Below, piece by piece: positions 52,331 to 64,000 of a stretch of 64,000 bases of DNA; positions within the stretch are counted from its first letter, which is position 1; each line of letters opens with the position of its first letter. Where the stretch lies: the NCBI RefSeq assembly GCF_009914755.1, contig NC_060929.1; one strand, 5' to 3'. Under the pieces are notes generated by a model. It searched no databases. It saw nothing but the letters and a program-made list of their open reading frames with translations, and was not told the origin of the DNA. The position numbers and the translations under genes are program-made. The DNA comes from the human T2T-CHM13v2.0 reference genome, Homo sapiens.

Positions 52331-53133
52331 TAAAGACTCTTTTCCAAGGCCTAGACCTTAAAGGTTTTCTCCTTTTTTCCTAAAAATTTTACAGTTTATA
52401 TTTTTCATTTGTCTATTTCTTTGAGCTAGTTTTTGTGTAAAGTGTGAGCTTTAGATCAGGTTTTTTTTTTGTTTTGTTTTTGTTTTTTGTTTGTTTGTTT
52501 GTTTGTTTTCTTTTTTTGCCTGTCAATGTCCCGTTGCTCCAGTAACATTTGTTGAATGGGCATTCTTCAGTACCTTTATCACAAATCAATGGAGTGTATT
52601 TGTGTGGATCTATTTCTAGGTCTTCTGACTGTACCATTGATCTATGTGCCTATCTCCCCAACAATATCACATTGCTATGATTACTTAGCCATACAGTAAA
52701 CCTTAATATGATGTAGAATAATTCCTCCTCCATTTTTCTTTGTAAAGATTGCTTCAAATAGTCAAGAACATATGTCTTTTCAATTAAATTTAGAATAAGC
52801 TTGTCTGTGTCTACAAAAATTTTGCTTGGAATTTGACAGGCATTGCATCAAACTTGTAGTTCAATTTGGGGAGATTTGACACATTTATTATGATAAATAG
52901 TCCATTCTATGGATGCGGTATGTTTTCCTATATAGGTATGACTTCTTTAATTTTTTCAACAGCACTTTATAATTTTTAGTATATAAGTACTATGCATAGT
53001 TTATAAAGTTTATGCCACAGTATTTCATTTTCTTATGAATGACTATAGATGGTGTTATTGCTTAATTTCAGTTTCTGCATGTTCATTGTTGGTATATAGA
53101 AATGGGATTAATTTTTTGGTTTTGATCTTATAA

Positions 53134-53223
53134 TCTCTCATCCAAGTACCAACCAGGCTAGATCCTGCTTAGCTCCCGAAATCATAAGAGATCAGGCATG
53201 TTCAGTGTGGGGTGGCCTTAGAA
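53134..53223 (-). pseudogene. 5S rRNA retropseudogene (nt ~1-90, 3'-truncated, no poly-A)
   Basis: Matches antisense 5S ('catccaagtaccaaccaggc...cctgcttagctcccgaaatca...gagatcaggcatgttcagtgtgg'); TSD atcttataatc at 53125-53135 and 53230-53240. Confidence 0.9.
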
Positions 53224-53913
53224 ATGTTTATCTTATAATCTGTGAACTTGATGAACTCATATATTCTAAGATTTTTTTTTGTGTGGATTCTTTGGGATTT
53301 TCTATGTAGACAGTGAAGTCCTCTGTAAATAGAGACAGTATTATCTCTTTCTCTTCGTTATGTCTGCTCTTTATTTTACTTGCCTTGTTGTGCTGACTAG
53401 GATTTCCAGTACCATGTTTAACAAGACTGGTGATAGTTGAAATCCTTATCTTATTCCTGATCTTAGAGAAAAAGCATTTATGTTTTCATTAAGTATGGTG
53501 TTAGATACAGGTTTTTCCGTGGATTCCTTTTATCAGTTGAAGTGATTTCCCTCTATCCTAACTTGCTGTGAATTTTATCATGAATGGATGTCACATTTGG
53601 ACAAGTGCTTTTTATATGTCAATTGGTATTATCAAATGATTTTTCTTCATTCGCTTGTTGATATGATGGATTACACAGATTAATTTTTGAATGTTGAACC
53701 TACCTTGCATACCTGGAATAAATCTCAAAAATCAATTGGTCATGATGTGTAATTCTTTTTACATATTGTTGGAGTTGGTTTACTAATTTTTTTTTTGAGA
53801 ATTTTTGCCTCTAAGTTCATGAGAGATACTTGTCTGTAGCTTTCATTCTTTTTGTTGTTGTTGTTGTTGTTGTTCTGTCTCTATCTGGTTTTGATATCAG
53901 GGTAATACTGGAC

Positions 53914-54318
53914 TGATGCGGTTTCAATATGTGTCCCCTCTAAATCTCATGTTGAACTGTAACCCCCAGTGCTGGAGGTGTGGCCTGGTGGGAGGTGTTT
54001 GGGTTATGGGGGACGATCCCTCATGGCTAGGTGCTGTCCTCGTGATAGTGAGTTGTCAGGAGATCTGGTTGTTTTACAGTGTGGCACCTCTCCCCACTCC
54101 CCTCTCCCTCTTCCTCTGGCTTTTGCCATGTGAAGTGCCTGCTCCCACTCTGCTTTCTGCTGTGAGTAAAAGCTCCCTGAGGCCACCCCAGAAGCTGAGA
54201 AGATGCCAGTGCCATGCATGTACAGCCTGCAGAACTGTGAGCCAATTAAACCTCTTTTCTTTATAAATTACCCAGTTTCAGGTATCTCTTTATAGCAGTG
54301 CAAGAATAGACTAATACA
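53914..54318 (+). mobile_element. MST solo LTR
   Basis: TG...CA ends, MST motifs, perfect 5-bp TSD tggac (53909-53913, 54319-54323). Confidence 0.92.
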
Positions 54319-54992
54319 TGGACTCATAAGATAAGTTGAAAAGTAGTCTATTTTCTATTTTCTGAAAGATATTGTGTAAAATTACTATTCTTTAAATATG
54401 TGGTAGAATTCTCCAGTGACACTATCTGGGCCTGGAGATACCCTTTTTAGGGGCTTGGGTTGCAGGGAAGGTGATTGCCAGGTGATCCAGGGTTTCTTTA
54501 TGGGGTAATGAAACTATTTTAAAATTGCTTGTGGTGTTGGAAAATTCACTCTAAATATACTAATACACTAATAGCCATTGGGCCCTGCACTTTAAGATGG
54601 TAAAACATTAAATTATTTGTTTCCATTTGTTTCCCATGTTTGTCTCTTCTTGTTTTCCTACAAGATACTTGAACGTTTTAAAAGGATTCCACCTTTACTT
54701 ATACTGTGTTTGGGTGTATCTTTTTCTATAGTTTTCATAGTGGTTTCTCTGGCAAAAATAAACTTATGACAGTGTACTGTTATTAACATTTTATCACTTC
54801 AGGCAAGGTACGAAAACCTCTATTTTGGTCATTGTAACTTTCCCATTTGAAATAACATTGTCTTATATAGCAGAATGCTGTAATTTTAAAAAATAATCAA
54901 ATATGATGTATACAATTTTGGGAAAAGGATAGTCTACTGTCTGTCCTGCATTTCTGCTCTTTTCCTTTTTCCTTCTTCCTTCCTGATACTTC

Positions 54993-55536
54993 TGTAACCA
55001 AACCCAGGTTCTACTGTTCACCACTTGCGAAGACAAATAACAGGTATGAGTGCAGTGGGAGGGCAGTGACTTATTGCAGAGCTAGCAGTAGAGAAATGGC
55101 AAAGGCTCTATGCCTTAAAGAAGCCATTTCAAATGTTGGACAAAATGCAAGAGTTTAAGAAGCAGAAATTGGTTCTTAAGGGCACTCAGGAGTGGTGAGG
55201 GGTTACAAGGCTACATGACTTGTTCTGATGACTTGAGTTATTGTCCCATCTGGTGAATGGGCTGGCATCATACCAGGCACAGTCAGGTTGTAAATTAACT
55301 GCAGTCTTCAGATAACTGCCTAGTGGGGAAGAATTTCATAGGTGCCTGGATTGTTTCAAGATTTAGTCCCTGGAACTTCTAAGTAAGCATTCAATTAGAT
55401 AAGGGAAACATGGTGCAAGGGGGTACCTGGTGGAAGGAAAGTAAGCAAAGGTTACCATTTTGCTATTAAGAAGCTAAACATAAAATAAACAAGGAAGGAA
55501 AAGAAAAGATATTTAAAAATAGGGTATTTGGTTACA
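54993..55536 (-). mobile_element. 3' LTR of the class I ERV (MER101-like)
   Basis: 10-bp terminal inverted repeat tgtaaccaaa / tttggttaca; abuts the env end. Family name is tentative. Confidence 0.75.
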
Positions 55537-56043
55537 ACTCTCTGCTGGCAGCTAATTCCATTCTCTTCCTATGGATAGTGGATATGCATTCTGGCTACTT
55601 CCTGCTGAATGGGGTGTAGTTAAAGGACATTGGAATGGAACTGATTTACTTGGAGTTGAAAATATTTTCAAGTACCTGGGCTCATGAAGGAAGCCTGTTG
55701 GAGCATTGTAATACAAGGGTTGCAAGCCTCTGGGAAAGTCTATCTTGCATTCCCATGCAGAATATTTAACAGTAGTAGGATCCACAGCAAAGAAGTATGC
55801 CTATTCCTGCAATTATCATCAAGGTCACAAGTAACTTTTTCCACCAGGATGGTCCTGACCTGAATCAGAGTGCAAATCATTGATCTAGTGGAAATGTAGG
55901 GTCAGACGTGATGTGAATTTGTTTATGCATATTATTTAGGGCTAATGAGATATTTCCCAAGTTGTCTAGAATGTATTATATAACACTTGGTTTTAATGTA
56001 GGCAAAGGTGCCCCCTTGAACAGCCATTAGAATATCTAGTGCC

Positions 56044-56377
<334 letters not shown>

Positions 56378-57178
56378 TTATGCATGTGGTACATTTTGCC
56401 ACTTATCAGAGATGTATACTGTCATTTAGAGCCCCTTGGGTGTAATTAGCAAGGGCTTCCATGTGCCAGATGACATCATCCAGACCCAGGGATGGAGGAA
56501 CATAGAAGCTAGGTGATTGTACCAGCGAAAAATGTACTTGGTTCATCTTTTAACCATGTGAGGAAGATTAGCGTGTTATTCTGTAGTCTTTGTCCAGTGT
56601 CCCTGAGCCCAGGAGAGGCCCACTGTACAGTGTCCTGGCCATCCTGATGATAGCCAGGTTTATACCACAAAACCACTGAATTCCATTAGAAGCATACCAG
56701 TTAATGCCAGGTCACTGGGATCAGTCGCTTGCAGCCATCCCCCTTTCCCATAGAACTATGATATGTCAATGCTGTTCTGAGGGAATCCAGCCCATGACTC
56801 GAGTATCTGGCCATGGTTTGAGGGGCTATCTGACTTAAGTGTCCTGCTGATTTGTCATCCATATAAAGCTTTCCTAGATTTGAAGAAACCTGTTTTTATA
56901 GTGAGAGTTCTGGGGCCTTACTTCTTGGGCCATCATTTTTGTATCTAGTAGAGGAGGGGCCAGTGTGGTTACTGTTTCTTGTGTTACATTTATCGAGAAA
57001 GGCTTCCCAAGTCCAGAGTCATTGAGAGTCTTATTTATGGGCCATTGGGCTGTATCTTTTCCAGTTACACCTGACATCTATTCCCCTGTCCACTACTTAA
57101 GGTCTTCTGTGAAGACTTGCAAGTGTGGCCAGGCATTTTCCTGTGTAGGTGATACCCAGCAGGGCAGAGAAATAAGGG

Positions 57179-57421
57179 TTTGTTTGTTTGTTTGTTTGTT
57201 TGTTGAGACAAGGTCTTGCATTGTCACCCAGGCTAGAATGCAGTGGTGCAATCATGGCTCACTCCAGCTTCGACCACCTGGACTCAAGTGATCCCCCCAC
57301 CTCAACCTTCTGAGTATCTGGGACCACAGATGTGCACTGCTATACTCGGCTAATTGTTTATTAATATTATTATTATCATTATTATTTATAAAGACAAAGT
57401 CTCACTATGTTGCCCAGCCTG
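57179..57421 (-). mobile_element. Truncated AluJ inside ERV
   Basis: (TTTG)n tail, antisense right arm and part of left arm. Confidence 0.85.
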
Positions 57422-58949
57422 CAAGTGTTTCATTCTATTCATTCTACAGGAAATTAAAAATAGGGCTTTACTTATTTGTGGTTTTTCTTAAGTAGTATTT
57501 TAATCTCTTCTTTTGGCTCACATGTCCAAGCAGCCTCCTCTGTGGGGTCAAGCTAGGGTGAAGCCACCTTTATTTCAGAGTGGTGGACCCATGGTTTCGT
57601 TCTGGACAGGTTGACTGATGAATGAGAGGTCAGCATCTCATCATGGGATCCAGTCCATTTTTCAGCCAGTTGTTGATTTGGTCCTTGATTTTTCCAGGAC
57701 TTTAATGGCACCTTGTCCCCTGGATGGAACAGGTAAAGAAGCTCATCTGTGGAGTAGGCAGACCTGGAAAGAGCAAATTGCCACATAGTAATGTCTGTTC
57801 TAATTATTGTACATATTATTTAACCCTGGACTCACTGAACAGATTCAAAGGTGGGATCCCTGGCAAAGGGGTCTGGAATGGTCTCCCATATGTAATTTTA
57901 AAGAGGCTCAATACAAGCCCACTTCATGGTTCTACTCTGATTTGGAGCAAGGCAACAGGCAAAATCTTATCCCAACTCAGATTGCCTTCCTGGCAGAGTT
58001 TGGCCATCATATTCTTTAAGGTGTAGTTCATCTTCTCTGTTTTCCCCATCGATTGCAGTCTCCATGACAAATGCAATTTTTATTAAATCTGTAATGCTTG
58101 ACTTACCTTCTGGATAACTTCTGAAATAAAGGAAGAGCCGTTGTCATTTTGTATAGTGAATGGGTGTCCAAACCTGGAAATGACTTCCTTCAGTAATGCT
58201 TTGGCTACCTCTGTAACTCTCTCAAATTTAGCAAGATATGCCTCGACCCATCCCCAACAGGTGTCCACAAATACCAAAAGAAACCTATAATTCTTACTGG
58301 CCTTGGGTATTTGAGTGAGACTTGAGTGAAGTAAACCTGTTTGTCCTCAAAATGGCATAGCCTTTGTATTGCACACCCCTAGTGGGTGGGAGGGTAGTGA
58401 TTTAAGTTTTGGGATTATTCTTACTGCATAAAACATGTCCTTGCATTATTTTCTGAATAGTCTTCTGGAGGTGTGGTCCCCTGAGGTAAGTCCATATTAG
58501 GTTGGCAAGAGTATCTCTCCTATAGTGTGTTCCCTTATGTAGATGTTTTAAAATCGGATAAACCAGGGCCTCAGGGAGCGAAATTATTCCATAGGCATCA
58601 GTTTTCCACAGTTAATCTGGGTCTGTTTTACTAAAGCCCCAGACCCTGGGGCACTTTTCATCTTTCTCAGTGGAATGGAGTTTAAAATCTGACAAATCCA
58701 AATGAATATGAAGGTCCCTGACATCTCTGCTTCCCAAGTGGACCACTTTGCAGCCATATGAGCTGTTCGATTTGCTTTGGCTTTTTGTGAGTCATCTTTC
58801 TGGTGTCCAGGAGGGTGCATGATGGAGGCCTGGGTAGGCACAGAAACTGCTCCTAACAGGGCTAAAATTCCCACTGGGTGTTTAATGTCCTTATTTCCTG
58901 ATGTTAGGAGCTCTCTCTTTTTCCAGATGGCTCTGTGAGCATACACTAC

Positions 58950-60029
58950 TATCGGGAGAACCAGCCTCCAATATTTCAACATAGGTTGCTTTCTATTTTC
59001 CCTAAGTGTCAGCTGGTCTGAGAAATAAAGAGAAAGAGTACAAAGAGAAGAATTTTACAGCTGGGCCTCCAGGGGTGCCATTACATATTGGTAGGACTGT
59101 GATGGCGACCTCGAGCTGCAAAACTAGCAAATTTTTATTAGGGATTTTGAAAGGGGAGGGGGTGTTACATGCTTCAAAGGGCAATAAAAGATCACAAGGC
59201 AAAGGGCAGAGCAAGATCACAAGGCAAGGGCAAAATTAGAATTACTGATAAAGGTCCATGTCCCACTGGGCACACATTGTCTTGATAAACATCTTAACAG
59301 GAAACAGGGTTTGAGAGCAGACAACCGGTCTGACTAGAATTCACCAGGCTGGAATTTCCCAATCCTAGTAAGCCTGAGGGCACTGCAGGAGACCAGGGTG
59401 TATTTCATCCCTTATCTCAACCGCATAAGACAGACACTCCCAGAGCTGTCGTTTATAGACCTACCCCTGGGAATGCATTCCTTCCCCAGGGTTATCAATT
59501 ATTAATATTCCTTGCTGGGAAAAGAATTCAGTGATATTTCTCCTACTCACACGTCTGTTTATAGGCTCCCTGCCAGAAGAAAAATATGGCTGTATTCTTC
59601 CCGACCCCGCAGGCAGTCAGACCTTATGGTTATTTTTCCTTGTTCCCTAAAAATTGCTGTTATTCTGTTCTTTTTCAGGGTGCCCTGATTTGTTTGATTG
59701 TTCAAACACACGTTTTGCAAACAATTTGTACAGTTAATGCAATCATCACAGGGTCCTGAGGTGACATACATCCTCAGCTTACGAAGATGATGGGATTAAG
59801 AGATTAAAGACAGGCACAGGAAATTATAAGAGTATTGATTGGTGAAGTGATAAATGTCCATGAAATCTTCACAATTTATGTTCAGAGATTGCAGTAAACA
59901 TAGGTGTAAGAAATTATAAAAGTTTTAATTTTGGGAACTAATAAATGTCCATGAAATCTTCACAATTTATGTTCTTCTGCCGTGGCTTCAGCCGGTCCCT
60001 CTGTTCAGGGACCCTGCCTTCCCACAACA
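58950..60029 (-). mobile_element. MER11 solo LTR (HERV-K11/HML-8) inside ERV pol
   Basis: Reverse complement begins 'tgttgtgggaaggcagggtccctgaacagagggaccggctg'; perfect 6-bp TSD cactac (58944-58949, 60030-60035). Confidence 0.92.
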
Positions 60030-63000
60030 CACTACCATGAAGGCATATTTGCAGTCAGTGTAAATGTTTATTCACTTTCCTTGGGACAGCTCTAGGGCCC
60101 TGGTTAGGCCAGGTAGCTCAGCCCTCTGTGCAGCAGTACTGTCAGAGCATGAGTTTCTATTAACCTGTCAGTAGTCACCGCAGCATACCCAGTTCTGTGT
60201 TTTCCACCTTCCATGAAAGTACTCCTGTCAAGGTATAGCTTCCAATCTGGAGTATTCATTGGCTGATCTGACAGGTCCAGCCTCCTGGAATAGACTGCAC
60301 TAAAGATTTCCAAACAGTCATGCTATCACCCAAGGTTGGGTTCCATGGCTGGAAACAGTGTAACAGGGTTTAAAGTGATAGTGGTTTGTAAGTTAATGTT
60401 TGCATCATCAAAGAAGATGGTCTGGTATTCGCCCATTCACCCTGCAATGAGCCAGTAGCCTCCTTTTGTTCCAGCAAAGTCAATACCTCATGAGGCATGA
60501 ACACAGTGACCAATTGTCCCAGGCTAAATTTTTATGCTTCCTGTAGGATTTCACAGGTGGCTGCCACTGCCTAAAGGCAGGGGGCCACCCCTTGGTTGTT
60601 CAGTCCAACTGTTTGGAGAAATAGGCTATGAGTTGCAGGGTGTCTCCAAGCATTTGGAGAAGCACATCCAGATCTATGCCTTGTTTCCCATGGACATAGA
60701 GCATGCATGGCTTCTGGGGGTCCAGCAATCCCAACACTCAGGCTGTTATCAGTGTTTCTTTGATGACATCAAATGCCTGTTGACATTCATTTGTCCAGGA
60801 CAGGAGTTCTGAGTATAGTTCCTGTAAATCTTCATAGAATACTTTAGCCATTAACCCAAAACTAGGGATTCAAATCTAGCAGAAGCCAGCTATTTCTGAG
60901 TCCTTGCAAATACCTTCTATTCTCTGGAGCTTTGATGGCCAACTTTCTGTCAGTCGTTAGGCTCCTTTTGCCCTGCTTCAACCTGAAGCTGAGAAAGGTT
61001 ACTTTTTGTTTGAAGATTTGGGCCTTCTGCAGAGACACATTATATCCACATTGGGCCAGGTGATTTAGGACTAGAATCATGTTGGACATTCATTTTTCAT
61101 AATCAAGGCTTGCTATTGGTAAGTCATCTACATATCATAGCAGAACTCCTTTATCTAGTTGTAAGCTTCTCAAGTTCTTTGCCAATATTTCCTCAAAGAT
61201 AGTGTGCCAATTTTTGAACCCTTGAGGCAACACCATCAAACAATATTAGAAGGTTGTTTTGGTCTCTAAGGTTCTGTCTACCCAAATGCAATTACTTACC
61301 CTTTTGTAGATTTCCAAAGGAAAGGCTTTATCTTCCTTCTTCTCAGGGTGAGTGAGTAGTATTTGTAGCTGTAGTGCTTGTTCCAGCAGGACCTGTAAGT
61401 GTAATTGCTGCTTCTCAGGCAGAAAGTTACTTGAGCATTTAATTTATAGCAGGTCATATCCCAGTGGAGGGATTGGGCATTCTGACATATAGAGAAAGCT
61501 GTTTCTTTAGTTCCAGGCCTCCCAGTTTTCACTCTAGAGGTTGTGAGAAAGTTTTATTGTTCTTACAACTCCTGTTATAGGTACTGCCATTTGGTGCTTT
61601 GTGCTTCTGTTGTGTTAAGAACTGAGTAAGTGGCATCTGTATTGACCAGGAAATTGATTAGCTTGTTCCCCACTGTCAGTTGTACCTGGGGCTCCTGTGG
61701 GGAAATTTTAATTGGCTCGGAGAGATTTAAGGGAGCCTCCAGATATCTCTGTTCATCATCAAGGCCACAACCTTGTCCCATTATTTGCCTGTGTCCTCTA
61801 TCCTGAGTGGATTCAGCTTTTCTCTGGCCCTCTGGGCCCTTTAATTTTGGGCAGCTGTCTTTCCAATGGCCTTCCTTTCTACAATAGGCCCATTGTTTGC
61901 TACCCAGAGTCATGTGCTGGTTTCTCAGAGGCTTTCCTGCCCATACCACATATGTAGTGGTGGGCTTTTGATTCTTTTCCTCCCTGCCATTGTATACTTT
62001 GGAAGCAACATCCATTAACTGGGAAGAGGCCATTCCCAGTGCAGCACCCTGTTTTTTTAACTTTCTCTTTATATTGAGATCACTCTACCGAATGAAAGTC
62101 ATGTTCAGTAGTCTTGAATTCTTCAGATCATCTGGATTTTTACCAGTATATCTATGGAAGATTTGGTAAATATGTTCTAAGAATTCAGAGGGATCCTCAT
62201 TCATCTTTTGGAGGACTGTCTGAACTCTGTTTAAACTCTCGTTTGGGCATTAGTCCTCTAACTCCTACCAGGATGCACATCAGTAACGTTCCAGGTGGGC
62301 CATGTCCCCAGTTTGATTGGGATCCCAATTTGGGTTTGTGCGTGGAGCAACTCCAGCAGGATCAGGATTATTATTTGGATTGGTCTCAGAGAGACCCTGA
62401 GATTCCTTATTTGCCTTCTCCATTACTAGTCTCCTTTCATCTGCAGTTAGCAGCCAGTTAATAGAGGCTCAAACATCTGCTTAAGTGGGCTGATGGGTGG
62501 CAAAAATACATTCAAAGAGGTCTGTCATTTTCTGAGGATCCTCTTTATAAGGTGGGTTGGAACTTTTCTGATTGAATAAAACAGGCATTGGAAATGGGTT
62601 GTAAGCCCAATAATGTCTGGCAGGCTGCTTGTTTTCATCTAAGCCACCCACGGATATTTGCCTAAGTGGGAATTGCCCTGCTCTGGTCATGGTATTGCTC
62701 TGTGCAAATCAGGTGCCCTACTGGGTCCTGGAGAGGGAGACCATTCCAGTTCCCTCATCATACTCTGGAAGGGCAGCAGCCCCTCCTTCTAGGTCTGGCT
62801 CCTTTTATGGTGGGGACAAAGCAGTTGAGACATTGGCCAGGGGGAGAGGCGGTACTGTGGTCATAGGCGGGGCTGCTGCTGCAGCCTTGGGAAGGGTTGC
62901 TGGAGCTGCTGCTGTGGCAGGATCTGTAAGGGGGAGGGTGGCCACAGGCTGAGCTGCAGCTGCAGGAACAGTCACTTCCAGAACAGCCAGATTCAGGGCA

Positions 63001-63407
63001 TTTTAAAAGGGTGAGATCTTCCTCATCTTTTTCTTTCTGGATACAACTATCTGGAAGAATTTTCGTTCGGTCTTTCTGCACAGCTAAGAGTTGGTGCCCG
63101 CTCCCTTATCCTCCCATCCCAACTGGGATCCCGATTATGCAATAACATGAAAGCCTGGCATTATGGTATTTATTCTCATTTCCCAGTCCTTTGACAAAAT
63201 AATTTTAGCTGGATTAGGGTCCAATACTGGGTACTTTCTTTCAGAAGCCAAAATTCATTATCATCTTCATGGTATAGAGTCCAGACAGTATTACAGTAAC
63301 AAATCATCTTTCTCTTAGTCTTGGGCTCATAGCTGTAAGCCCTTCAGTTGCCCAGAATGTACCCCAAGGGGCTTCTGGGGAGGAAGGAGATAGAAATCTT
63401 GTTGCTT

Positions 63408-63697
<290 letters not shown>

Positions 63698-64000
63698 GCA
63701 GTCCTTTTGCTTATTCTGACTTGGTTTCTGCACTTGTACTGTCTGACCTTGTTAAAACTGTGATGATTACTGTCCTTATTGCTTGGTGCTCTGCCTTTGT
63801 TCCACAAGCCACCTCCTGATACTAGACCCCTAGTTGTTGGATGGATCAGTCTGACTTTGCACAACCTGTGTAAAATAATGTTGTTTGCAATCCCAAGAGG
63901 TATGCCTACGCAAATCTCACCACATAGCCTATGCAGTTAGGGATATCAAAAAAGAGGTCCACGTGCAGGGGAGGGGAGATGGAAAATGACATCTGTTAGT

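Noticed and set aside
62629-63081. GC-rich Ala/Ser/Cys-rich ORFs
   Set aside because: Alternative frames of the low-complexity, proline-rich region of decayed ERV gag.

Overview
Human genomic DNA (it carries a human-specific L1HS Ta-1d-type LINE-1 segment). It is AT-rich and dominated by transposable elements. I can support no host protein-coding gene, so it looks intergenic or deep-intronic. Bases 1-29 kb are a patchwork of Alus, MIR/L2, MaLR and ERV1 solo LTRs and small DNA transposons. Bases 29-42 kb hold a truncated Tigger1, a 6-kb minus-strand LINE-1 and, about 125 bp further on, a 5'-truncated L1PA3. Bases 43-55 kb hold a Ricksha (MuDR) element and an old L1M packed with nested insertions: a full MST provirus, a MER39-like LTR, Alus and a tailless 5S rRNA retropseudogene. 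Bases 55-64 kb are a decayed class I ERV (gag-pro-pol-env-3'LTR) with a MER11 solo LTR and three Alus inside it. The main observation is that the 6-kb L1 is a chimera. Its 5' ~4.9 kb is L1HS Ta-1d-like (intact promoter, ORF1, ORF0, EN and RT) and its 3' ~1.1 kb is L1PA4-like. It has no matching TSDs, and the Tigger1 it interrupts never resumes. Together these point to a recent L1-L1 recombination deletion, with additional patchy mosaicism (gene conversion or assembly artefact). I found no wholly new biological system. Subfamily calls come from recalled consensus sequences and need RepeatMasker/Dfam confirmation.
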